64,000 bases of DNA, from the NCBI GenBank assembly GCA_951406725.2, contig OX597818.1, forward strand, positions 34,720,001 through 34,784,000, read 5' to 3'. Of this stretch, positions 51,194-62,934 are shown in pieces. Each line of letters starts with the position of its first letter. Position 1 is the stretch's first letter. The translations under genes were made by a program, and so were the position numbers. Below the pieces are notes generated by a model. It was not told where the DNA came from. It did not search any database and saw only the letters and a program-made list of their open reading frames with translations. This stretch comes from Octopus vulgaris (taxonomy: Eukaryota).

Positions 51194-52604
51194 GAGAGTT
51201 GTATTATTTACATCAAATCTTCATGAACATATGTGGCAAAATAGGTTCAGAAGACCGTGTAAAGGCTATATGTACGTTCTGTGCATAGTTTTCATGCTTT
51301 TTAAATACAATGAAATTATGCTGTTCCACTGTCGTCATTTCTGATTTCTATCGCAGTTTACTTTCGCTTTTTAACAATATATTTCATGTTAAACCGTACG
51401 CGTCTGTACCGACATTTTGTAAAAGCACGGACCTGTTCGTTCTTTGGTTGGTTATTCAGCCAACGCGCTTACAGTGTTTTTAACGTACCAAGTGTATTTT
51501 CTTGACGTTTTTATTTCACTCGGTCAAACTAGCTGACGCTGTCAGCTTCGTTATTGGAAGTTCGGTTGAAAACCCATAGATAATTGAAATGTTAAAGGGG
51601 GAAGCAATGCCAGGAACTATTAATGATTTGTCTACAACATATTTGCAAGAATTTCTTTGTGTATCTGCTCTTTGATTTAATCTTCTGGATCATTAGTATA
51701 ACCTTGTTAAAATTATTCAAAATTTACAAAGATCCCAATGTATTTTGCGTTTTCTATATCGCTTGTTCAAATTTGTCATTAATTGAAGAAAGAAAAATAC
51801 AAAAAGCGAGACTACATAATTGTTTCAATTTTGGGCACAAGGCCAGCAATTTGTTAAGAGTGGGGGCTAGACGATTATATCGATTCCATGTTTGACTGGT
51901 ACTTTATTTTATCCGACCCCGAAGGGCCAAAAGACAATGTTGACCTCGGCGGGATTTGAAGCCAGAACGAAAAGCCGAAGCTATGTAATGTTTTCTTTTT
52001 TGCAAATAAGTTTCAACGGCGTTTTTGTTATTCCACCGTAACACTAACAAAAAAATACCACAATTTTAAAATCTACGTCCGTTTGGGAAATATAAAAAAT
52101 GATGTTTATATCCGGTAAGTTAATAGTAAATACTGTGGTTAAACATTTTATACCTAAAGTTTCGCCTTTTTATATATTCGCATTAACTTTATGCTCACCC
52201 CACAATAACTAACGAGGAAATCTTCTAACGTAGTTGCTCAACTTGCTAAGAATAGCAGCCAAACTGCTTTCAGATCGAACATGCCTTAAAATCGAGAGGA
52301 CAATGTAGTCAGAAAGAAACAAAATGTGATGGGGTTAATGTACACTTTAAGACACGGTCACGAAAAAAAACAAAAACCGAAGCCTACCAGGTGTAAAAAG
52401 AATGTGGGCGTAACTTCGGTATAAGTACCGGAAATACCGGATACATTTCAAGAAAGTGTTTTTTTTTTATATATATGGGAGAAATGGGTTTCTGTTATCT
52501 TCAGGGGTGGGAGAAATGGGTTTCTGTTATCTTCAGAAATGTAAACAAAGTCACGTATGTACCTATACCGAAGCATCGCCAAAACGTGTAGAAAACGAAT
52601 ATGA

Positions 52605-53043
52605 AAACAAAAATTTGTGCAAACGAACGGGTTGGGAGGAGGGGGGGGGGCTTTTGGAAAATTTACAGGATCCCATTTTCTCCTCATAATTTCAGGAAAA
52701 TATATATATCAATGAAATTTTATAGAAATACCGTTCAAATAGCAAAGATTAGGATTATAAAGAAATTTCTGGGGAAAATGTTTTCCGACGGGGTGGGAGG
52801 AGAGGATTTCGGAAAATTCACACGATCCGTTTTTTTTCCCCTCATAACTTTCAGGAAAATGGATATTTTTTGATAAAATTTTACAGAAAAACATTGGCTA
52901 TCCTTCGTTTGGCTTTTCAAGCAGTATAGATTACGATTATAAAGAAATTTGTGGGGAAAATGTTTTCCGAAGGGCGGGGATAAGACTGCCGGAAAATTTC
53001 ACACGATCCGTTTTTTTTTTTTTTTCCGCATAACTTTCAGGAT
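52605..53043. repeat. Degenerate tandem array, about 3 units of 160-185 bp
   Basis: Recurring ggaaaatt..ca.gatcc...cataa.tttcagga with anchors at about 52685, 52843 and 53029. Confidence 0.75.
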
Positions 53044-55591
53044 CTAGTTTAGCACCCATCACATTTTGTTTATTTCTGACTACATTGTCCAGTGTATGGA
53101 ACATGAGAACTCTTTTGTCTGCAAGAAAGCACGTGCTTGACAAATATATTAAAACTACTTGTTGACACTGTGTTGTACTGTTTTATCCACCTGGAAATTT
53201 TACCTATCTGTTGATAATTGAACATGTGAATTAATGTGGCGCAGGAAACATGAAACATGTGCGAGAAAGTGATTGAATGCATTTCTATCTTTGGTTTTCA
53301 ATGAAGTAGTCAACAAAATGTTTTTTAAAAAATATTTAATTTGTCTTGTGCTATTTTGTTTTTAGATAAATCTTCTAAGTCTGTGCTTTAAGTCTCTGCT
53401 TTTGTGAAATATTTAACTTATAATGTGCTGTTTGTCGCATTAAATGCATATTGAACTCGTAACACTACTAAATATGTGTTTATTCGTTTCTTTTTGTCAT
53501 CGAGCTGTGCTAAAAGTAACAGCTAAATAACGTTTTTGGATAAAGCTTTTAAGTTTGTGCTATCGCATCTAGTTGGTTTGGCTGTCAGTATTTCAAAAAT
53601 TAAAGTTTGGCACAATAATATACTTTTCCAAGCTAAATTGCTGGAGTTACTTATCTTTTTCTAGAAATTAAAAAAAACAACTTTATAGAGGTTTAAAGCT
53701 TGATCATTTTCACCCTGTCAGGTATTTATGTTTTGAGAAGACTGTTTCATTTATCTCAACAATCTTTTCAGAACTGCCTATCTGCCTATGGAATTTCATT
53801 TCCATAATTAGCATACAAAACTACGTCAATACACCAAATCAACAATTGGAACAAAATTAAAAGAATTGAAAACTGAGCAAAACAGCATTCAGTTGATACC
53901 TTCAACTCTCTCTTTGATCAATCTGATAAATTTTTAAGGTGTCCCCAACTTTCTGCAAGTATGAAATTCTCAAGGCATTGGGCTTATGTCCTGCCTGTAG
54001 CCAACATTAGTGGCCTACTCAGCTTGGATGAATGCCATTGCACTCAGAGTAGGAGCTGATGTTTGGGGGAGATTGAAATGTTTTTGGGGTAGGCTTCTCA
54101 ACTCCACAGACCTTTAAAGTTTATTTTGCTGCCTAGACACTGGTCATTTCACTTGTCACAATGAGCTAGACTTGATCATCAAACCTAGTTTGATTAAATA
54201 TCTCCTCAGTTCTGGAGCCAGCAGGGTTATCCAGAAGTGATGGAAAGTGACCAGATGGTCTTAACCTTTGTCCCTCTTTTATTTGCTCCCACATCCTTGA
54301 TGCTGTGGTAAATGGGAGGGTCAGTGCTTCCGTAGTTGAAGGGAGGAAAATCCTAAAGTATTGGGACTTGTCAGTGAACCATTTTTTAACAAAGATATAT
54401 CCCCAAAAAAATTTAAAGCAACAATTGCTGAAGAAGAAGGTACTTATTCTGCAACCATCTTATAAAAAACGTTTTAAAATCATGAATTTTATTACTGTAA
54501 AATATGCACCCTCCTTCAAATTGTATGATATATAGTCTGCAATGTCCCCACTCCACCATCCATTTTTATGTAAGGACTAGGGCAACTTCAGGTGGCTGGA
54601 AGAAATTTAACAGGATCCTATAAATTTAGTAATCCTATAGAATAGATTGGAAATGATCTTAGCTCACCAAAAACTAATTTTGTTGGATTTTTATGTCTTT
54701 AGATGTAGATTACGATTTTGCAAAAAAAAAAAAAGAAAGAAAGAGAAGAGAAAGAAATTTCAATATTCCAGTTACATTTTTTGCCTCTTTAAAGAAAAAC
54801 ATAAAAAAATATTTTTCTATAATTATAATTTTTGATGTTTATCAATGTAAATCTGAAAAAAGTATTTCTAAGAAATCAAAAGCAACAGTTAAGAAAAGTG
54901 GAAAAGGCAGCAAAATAGAAAAACAATTGAAAGTTGGAATTCTTTTGTCTTTTTTTTTTGTTGTTGCAGAATCATCTCATGTTTTTAAAGTAAATAAAAT
55001 TCCTCCCACCCAAAAGAGGAAAAAAATATAAAAATTACAGAAAGCTGGAGAGTAAGAAAAAATATTAAAACAAACTTATTAGATCTGTTTTATCAAAACC
55101 AACTTGTTATTGAAAATACAATGAAGTTGTTGCATAATTTATGAGGATAACATCTATTGTGTCTCAGCATAATTAATTTTAAAATATACTCGTTATAATC
55201 TTTATATTTTCGGGCTATTTGAAAACCTTAAGATTTCAGTATTTTAATCACCAAAGTACCTGAAAAGAGAAATGTTCTTAACTCTTTAGTTTTGCACCAT
55301 TATTGCCTTGGGCATTGTGCTGGTTATTCCTGATATATAGTTTTATTTCTTTTTGTGCATCAATTGTTCCAAATTTGAATGAAGTTGTATAATGAACCTG
55401 CATAATAATATACAGAGTTTATCTTGTGTTTGTGTATCTACCAATTATGCCACATTTTCCCATTTCAGTTAAGCAAGTCAAAACCCAGGCAAAATTCAAA
55501 CTCACAGTTGTCTCTTATGTAGCTATTGTAGAATATTTACTGCTGCATTGACTAAACACTCCTACAAATTCTACAATTCCACAACGTGTAT

Positions 55592-56018
55592 TATATATTA
55601 TTTACATTATTTACATTCGACAGATATTTGTCCTTATCTTGTTTGTTGTTAACACAACATTTTGGCTGATATACCCTCCAGCCTTCTTCAGGTGACTTGG
55701 AGAAATTTCAAACCTGGGTTCTCATTCTTAAGGTATTTTTCGACATTATTATTATTGTTCAGGTCACTGCTTGGAATTGAACTCGGAATCTTGGGTTTAG
55801 TAACTCGCGCTCTTAACCACTATGCCATATGTCCGTGGGCATATGGTGTAGTGGTTAAAAGCGCGGGGTATTAACCCCAAGATTCCGAGTTCAATTCCAA
55901 GCAGTGACCTGAACAGTAACAATAATAATAATAATATTGAAAAATACCTTAGAAATAAGAACCCAAGTTTGAAATTTCCTCAAGACACCTGAAGAAGGCT
56001 GGAGGATATATCAGCCAA
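55592..56018. mobile_element. Head-to-head palindromic tRNA-headed element with hammerhead-like tail
   Basis: Arms 55662-55834 and 55837-56018 are imperfect reverse complements; each has an A-box (tggtgtagtgg), a B-box (gagttcaattcc), an (AAT)n tract and CTGAAGA-A-GGCTG...CAGCC. Confidence 0.8.
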
Positions 56019-58779
56019 GCTTGCTTATAAGACAGTGATATTTACAACCATCATGTGATGTTTAGACAAGGGTACACACACACACACACGGATCTAATTT
56101 GGTGCCTCACTTTCCCAAGTTCACTGCCCCCCCAACTAAATTCCTCTTTTATTTTTCTGGGATTAACAATGAAGGTCCTACATTAACACACATTGAGTAT
56201 AATACATGTTGTTCAATTTTAGGGATTGCATATACATCTATTCAATGCATTTGTAAGAATGTTGGAATTGCTACTTAATATTGACAACTTTGAGTGGGTT
56301 CAAATTTCAACTAGATCAATTTGGACTTTCATCTTTCAAAGATTGATAAAATAACTGAGAAATTTACTGAAAGATTGAGATGATATAAGTACAAAGGTAT
56401 TCAGTGTAGTATATTACTGATTGAATCCAAACTTGCCTTATAGTTTGTTTTTCATCAATTGGTGATAGGCTAGTGGTAAATAAATGAGAAAAAAGTTCAA
56501 ACCTTAAATCAGTCTGGCACTGTAGAGAAAAGAAAACAAGAAAAAAATAGATATGATTTCCTTTTCTTTCTGTTATATTTCTGTATAACTCCGTTTTCCT
56601 TTGTAGGATAAGCTTTTCTAAATTGTGCATCTGCAAATAATTGCAGAAGGGAGTTTTTCCACTTATTTTGTGTGTTTAATTACCCAGTCATGAAGTAGGA
56701 AAAAAGTGTTGTCAGTCACTTAGTTTGAAGCAAGCAGATTTCAGTTTTGTCCACTGAGACAAAACAGTTGCAGTAATAGGGCTTGACGTGTGTCTCGTGC
56801 TTAATGTCTTAACTGCCTTTGGTAAATGAATTTTGAAGTTATAGATATCTACTTTGCTGCCATTTTACAAACCTAAATGATGATGACGGTTTCTTCATAT
56901 CCAAAGGTCATGTTCAAGAGTGGTATACCCTCAAGTGGCTATGTACACTGATTCTTGATGCCGCAGGGCTTTTATTCCAGCCTGCACTTAGTAATTTTAA
57001 AGTGAGAGTCAGTCTGTACAATCTGATCCCGCTCATTAGACTTGGAGGTCTGATTATAATGGCTCAGTGAGCTAAGATAGCTGCAGTGACCAGCAAGTTA
57101 TAGGTTTTATGTTGGAGTGGCATTGGTAAATTGCCTTACCTACTCTGGAGTTGCTGAAAGGGTATGAAAGAGGGCACCAGATTGTCTGAAGGTCTCCACT
57201 CTTAGATTTGCTGTCAAGGTGGACTCCCCTAACCCTTTCCTTTCTTAAGACATTCACAAGGGTTTGTGCTTGGAATTTTTTTCCATAACATGCTAATTAA
57301 CACATAGCTGGGACCCTGAGAGGTGCTACTACTCTTGGTCAGAGTAGACTTGGGAACAGTAATGGCTAAGAAGTGGTTCTACTCCCAAATCAGGGCCTCA
57401 CACCCAGGTGCTGTGTCAAGTCTTACCCAGGGCAAATGGTAAATCATTTATTACATCTGAAAGTAGATTGCCATTTCAATTCTAAATTCTTATTACCATT
57501 ATTCATTTGTTTGGTAACATTTCAACATAGTTGACACTGAGAAATATTCTTCCTTTTTTTTTAAAAAAAGATATTCCCTCCAAACCTTTATCTGTTTACA
57601 GACTTCATCCTTCATTTACATTGTTACCAGCATGGATGTGCTGAGTTTTGGATGGTTTTATAGCATTTGTTTTTAGACCTAGACAAGCTACCTTTCCTAT
57701 TGTTTTAGCAGACAGAAAGTGAGAGCAGAATTAGGAACCCAGGATGTGTGACAGCAGTCAGAAATTTTAGAGCAATTGTTTGTGCATGGAAGTGGGGTTG
57801 ATGGAATGTTCATGGTTTAATGGTTGCTGTATGTAAACAATTAAGTATTTAATACACAATTGCAGAGAAGTAGGTTGAGCTTATACATGTTTCTATACAT
57901 GTTACAGTAACTAAACTATAGGTCCCCATTGGTATGTAAGTAGATGTTATTCTGGGTGAATGCTGGCAATGTTTCATTTAAATTAACAACTACTTTGTTG
58001 TTATGAAACCATGTTATGAATTCAATGGCTATCCAGCATTTTCTGTCCACTTGTGTAATTTAAAATGATTTCACATTAATTAATGAGTTCTGTGGTTAAT
58101 TAATTAATAAACCACTCACCTGAATTATCTCTGCACACCAAATATTTCTTAGATTACTTTATTCTATGGTTAGTGTAAAGATCAGCATCTCTGATTTATT
58201 ATCTGATTGTATTATGGTCGTTCTAAATAATTCATGGAAAAGTTCTAAATTCACGGACCCAACAAATACAAATTATCAAATTTATCGTTATCATCATCAG
58301 TTTCAACATGCACTTTTCTGTGCTTGCATGGGTCAGATGGACTTCGCTGAGGCAGATTTTCTACAGCTTGTTGCCTTTCCCATCACCAGTCCATACCTGT
58401 TTCCAAGCAGGGTAAATATTTCCACAGAGCCAGACATGTTTCCACAGAATATTAGAAGTCACATGACATTCATTTACGTCACACAATGTGAAGACAAGGA
58501 GACACACTCATGCACTCACACACACACATACATGTGTATACACAACAAGTTTTTAAGCTTACATCTACCAAATTCACCCACAAGGCTTTGGTCAGTCTGG
58601 AGTTAGGGTAGAAAACTTGCCCAAGATGCTATACAGTAGGTCTGAGCCCAAAACCATGTGATTAGCAAACAAACTTCATAACTAATATATGTATATGCGT
58701 GTGTAAACAGGTTTTTTAAAAATTGAATAATTAGTATTAATATTGTATTTTAAGTTATTAGTTATATCCAAATCAAATT

Positions 58780-59170
58780 CGATGACTGGCATCTGTGCTA
58801 GTGGAGTGCTAAGAGCACCATCTGAGCGTGATTGTTGCCAGAGCAGCTAACTGGCTTCCATGCTGGTGGCACGTAAAAACCACCATTTGAGCGCGATTGT
58901 TACCAGCGTTGCCTTACTGGCACATGAAAAAACATTTGAGTGAGGTCGTTGCCAATGCTGCTGGACTCTGATAAAACATTTGAGCGAGGTCGTTGCCAAT
59001 GCTGCTGGACTCCCAGAGTGGTTGGCATTAGGAAGGGCATCCAGCTGTAGAAACTCTGCCAGATCAGATTGGAGCCTGGTGCAGCTATCTGGTTCGCCAG
59101 TCCTCAGTCAAATCGTCCAACCCATGCTAACATGGAAAGCGGACATTAAACAATGATGATGATGATGATG
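58780..59170 (+). mobile_element. RTE-type LINE 3' UTR/tail ending in (GAT)n
   Basis: Internal tandem catttgagcg...gttgcca units, then gagtggttggcattaggaagggcatccagc...gatgatgat. Confidence 0.75.
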
Positions 59171-60386
59171 AGTTATCTTTCTTTACTTGTATATTAATAA
59201 AAGTATTTTTGACAACTTTAAAATACATACTTGAATTCATATTATCAATCTTTTGTTTATAGGTAAATCTTTCTTTGACTTGTGTTTGAATAACAATCTT
59301 GTCTTTATTCAAAGTTGCACCAGACCTGTTTCTTAGGAAGCCTGGTGAATTAGGTTGTGATTGAGTTGTATGTTGTCATATTTCTATACATTCTCCGTTG
59401 TTTACTGTTATTATATGTGTAAAAGTGTATGTGTGTGAGTGTAACTGGAAGTGCATGTGTCACTCTGTCATTAAGGCTTTTGGCCTTCAACTTAATAGTT
59501 CTAAAAGTCATGGTCTGGTGCTAACATTAATGTTGAACTGAAATCCAAATTGCATTAATTACTGTATTTTAATAAGTATTTCTTCCTGTTGGTGAGCATT
59601 ACTTTCAATTGTATAGCTATATTCAGCTGTGAAACATACTTCAGTTGTTCATGCAAATGATAAAATTCATTGAAAATGCCCAACCCATGTAGGTAACTGA
59701 ATGAAAAAGAACCACTATGATATACAAATCCTCTAGGTCAGAGAGACGAAGAGGAGGGAGGACCTTCCTCCCCACTCTCTCTCTGTGACCTACAGAGAAA
59801 GAGATTCAAAATTGACAGACACCGTTTTAAATAATCCAATTTGTATTAATTTGTTGTTGGTGATTATTAATCAGCCCTCATCATGCTAATTTAGGTAACA
59901 TATGGGATGAAAATTAATTTAATGATTATTTGGAAATAACCCACCCACAAATTCAGTGCAGCAGATATATTTATAGTTCACATTTCATTGGAATCACTTG
60001 CACAGTGTTTTGGTGTGTAAAATGGTACTGTATAACATTCCAGGTTCACTATTCTCAGTGTGCATATTATGGTTTTACTACCTCTCTTTCTTTCTCTCTC
60101 ATTCTGTCACTCTTTCTCATTGTATGTGAGACTGTCAATTCTGTTGTTTTATTGGAAAGATAGATAAATAAGTTTTTGCTTGGTTGCAAATAATGTAAAT
60201 AAACTTAATGGGTGTCATGTTTTTTGTTCTATGCAGGATGAAGTTTCACCTAATATGCCTTCCTTTTTAGACATTTGTTGATTATTGAGAAAATTAATTT
60301 CTAATATATTTCCAAGTCTGTGAGTTCTCATTAGAAAATTTTCTGAAGCCATGAACTAATATCTGTAAATTTTCTTTCAATTCTAG

Positions 60387-60471
60387 GTTTTAAGTCCTAC
60401 CTATAAATCACGCAGTGAGGATTACAAGAAAATTTTCAAAGAAATACCAAATGATGAACGGTTAATTGTAG
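60387..60471 (+). CDS. GRAMD1: Coding exon of GRAMD1/Aster-family gene, start of GRAM domain
   Basis: Acceptor tttctttcaattctAG (60385-60386); 85 nt = VLSPTYKSRSEDYKKIFKEIPNDERLIV+G; donor GTGAGT at 60472. Closely matches the GRAMD1 signature VLSPTYKQRNEDFRKLFKQLPDTERLIVD (recalled). Too short to appear in the ORF track. Confidence 0.93.
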
Positions 60472-61413
60472 GTGAGTATGGTTAGGTGTTTGTGATGTAT
60501 ATTATCTTTTTTGTTTTTGTGAGTTTGATTATTGCTGTGAAGAAATATGTATATCTATTAGTTAAACATTTCAGTGTTTTATTTTATAATTTTATATTGG
60601 GGTTGTATGAATGATATACAATTATTGATTTCTAGTTTTGTTTGTGACATACAATATTTAGATTGATAACATAACAGTGTCTCAGTGAAGGGCATGATTA
60701 CTTAGTCCATCATAAAGCTGCTTCAAGATTTGAGGAACTTAATGTGTTTTTCCCCACTTTTTTAATTATAATCTACAATGACAAATTTTATTCAAAACCT
60801 AGCATTAAAGATCATTAAAAGGAGAATGGTGGGAGAAAGTGAGTAAGAAATTTTGAAAAATTTAGGAAATGTATGAAAAGGAGCTTCAAAATGATCCAGC
60901 TTTTGAAAACCTTTGGTCACAAAATAATTTGAGCAGGAAAAATAGGAAAAGTATGTGTAGTAAACAACCTCCATGGATGTGTAATGATTGCATTGTTGCT
61001 GTTTTTTTTTTCTTTTTTAATCAAATAACATATATAAAACAGCTGTGTAATGAAGTTAGTTTGAAATATATATTTGTTAGGATTTCACTCACTCTTTTTC
61101 CATAACTGAAAACAAATGCTTATCTTTTTGAGAACTGATGTGAAGAGAACTATTTCAAGGGTTGTTTTAATATTTTAGTGAAAAGAAATGTGTTTTTAAT
61201 AAGGTGCATGTAAGGGAAAAATTTGATAACCACCATGGAATGATTTTTCACTGGTGCAACATCAAGTCATGTAATTACCATCTTCACATTGATAATATAC
61301 TTAGCACGCTTCAAACTAATATATATTAAAAAAGAACATTAAATCACCACCAGGTAGTTACAAGAGTACATATTTTAATTATAAATCATCTTTGTGTTTG
61401 GAAATTAAAGTTT

Positions 61414-61457
<44 letters not shown>

Positions 61458-61460
61458 TAT

Positions 61461-61790
61461 CATCATCATCATTTAGCGTCCGCTTTCCATGCTAGCATGG
61501 GTTGGACGGTTCAACTGGGGTCTGGGAAACCAGAAGGCTGCACCAGGCCCAGTCTGATCTGGCAGTGTTTCTACAGCTGGATGCCCTTCCTAACGCCAAC
61601 CACTCTGTGAGTGTAGTGGGTGCTTTTGACGTGCCACCAGCACAGGTGCTAGACGGTGCTGGCAAACGGCCATGGTCAGATGGTGCTTTTCACATGCCAC
61701 CGGCACGGGAGTCAGACGAGGCTGGCAACGGCCACAATCGGATGGTGCTTTTTATGTGCCACAGGCACGGAGGCCCGTCGGAGCGGTGCT
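61461..61790 (-). mobile_element. Young RTE-type LINE 3' tail, inverted
   Basis: Reverse complement of 27222-27487; 5 mismatches over the terminal about 145 nt by manual comparison. Confidence 0.82.
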
Positions 61791-62049
61791 GATCACATAG
61801 ATTTTGTTGAAGCAGATTTTCTGCACTTCTTGTTGCCAAATATGATCTATTTCCAAGCAAGGTATTATTTTTCCATAGCTAGACATGTTTTCCATGAAGG
61901 ACTGGGGAAAATAGCCTTGCTTAAAGACAAGAAGCAGGAGTGAAAAGCATTTGCACAATATGTCCATTACCTCTACACTTCCTTCTTGTTACAAATACAA
62001 ACTTCAAATCTCAAACATAAACCATCATTATATATATATATATATATAC

Positions 62050-62830
62050 ATGGCACGACTACCAGTCAGGTGGCACTGGCATCGGCCATGACCAAAATTT
62101 CACTTGACTCAACAGGTCTTCTCAAGCACAGCATATTGTCTGAGGATTGAAGGGTACTTTTAAACGGGCTGGTTATGTGACGCTGGCATTGGCCACAGCT
62201 ACAATCTCACTTGGCTTGCTGGGTCTTCTCAAGCACACCATATCTTCAAAGGTCTCGGTCACTTGTCATTGCCTCTGTGAGGCCCAACGTTTGAAAGTTG
62301 TGTTTTCACCACCTCATCCCACGTCTTCCTGGGTCTACCTCTTCCACAGGTTCCCTCCACTGTTAGGGGTGTGACACAGCTATCCACATTCATACACAAC
62401 ATATGACCATACCAGCACAGTCATCTCTCTTGCACACCACATCTGATGTTTCTTATGTCCAGCTTTACTCTCAGGGTGCTTATACTCTGTCATGTATTCA
62501 CACTGACATTACACATCCAGCGGAGCATACCAGCTTCATTTCTTTCAAGCCTACATGTCCTCAGCAGTCACAGCCCATGTTTCACTGCTGTGTAGCATGG
62601 CTGTTTGCGTACATGCATCATACAGTTTACCTTTCACTCTGAGCGAGAGGCCCTTTGTTACCAGCAAAAGTAGGAGTTCTCTGAACTTTGCCCAGGCTAT
62701 TCTTATTCTAGCTGCTATATTCTCAGAGCATCCACCTCCACTACTGACTTGGTTACCTAGGTAATGGAAGCTGTCAACTACTTGTAGTTTTTCTCCCTGG
62801 CATGTGATGGAATCTGTTTTCTGTACGTCA
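62050..62830 (-). mobile_element. RTE (BovB-like) LINE remnant, ORF C-terminus and 3' UTR
   Basis: Minus strand VVDSFHYLGNQVSSGGGCSENIAARIRIAWAKFRELL...KGKLYDAC...LHSSETWAVTAED...ERNEAGMLRWMCNVS. Confidence 0.85.
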
Positions 62831-62934
62831 GTGTTTATTGCCCCTGTGCATCTGGCACACTCAAAAACTTCCTAGTTAACCTTCCTTTGATATTACTGCA
62901 AATTTTATGTGTCCATTGCTTATACTTCCAATCA

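Larger units (their letters stand above)
32153..60386 (+). other. 28.2-kb GT-AG phase-0 intron of GRAMD1-like gene
   Basis: Joins WYS|VLSPTYK in frame; canonical GTGAGT...CTAG ends. Confidence 0.8.

Noticed and set aside
53701-53727. CAG|GTATTT as donor of an alternative first coding exon
   Set aside because: In-frame TGA a few codons upstream in the phase needed to join exon 60387; weak donor.
55837-55910. tRNA gene
   Set aside because: A/B boxes are present but there is no proper acceptor stem, and the sequence continues into a repeat body; it is a SINE-type head. The same applies to the heads at 6335, 11770 and 45165.
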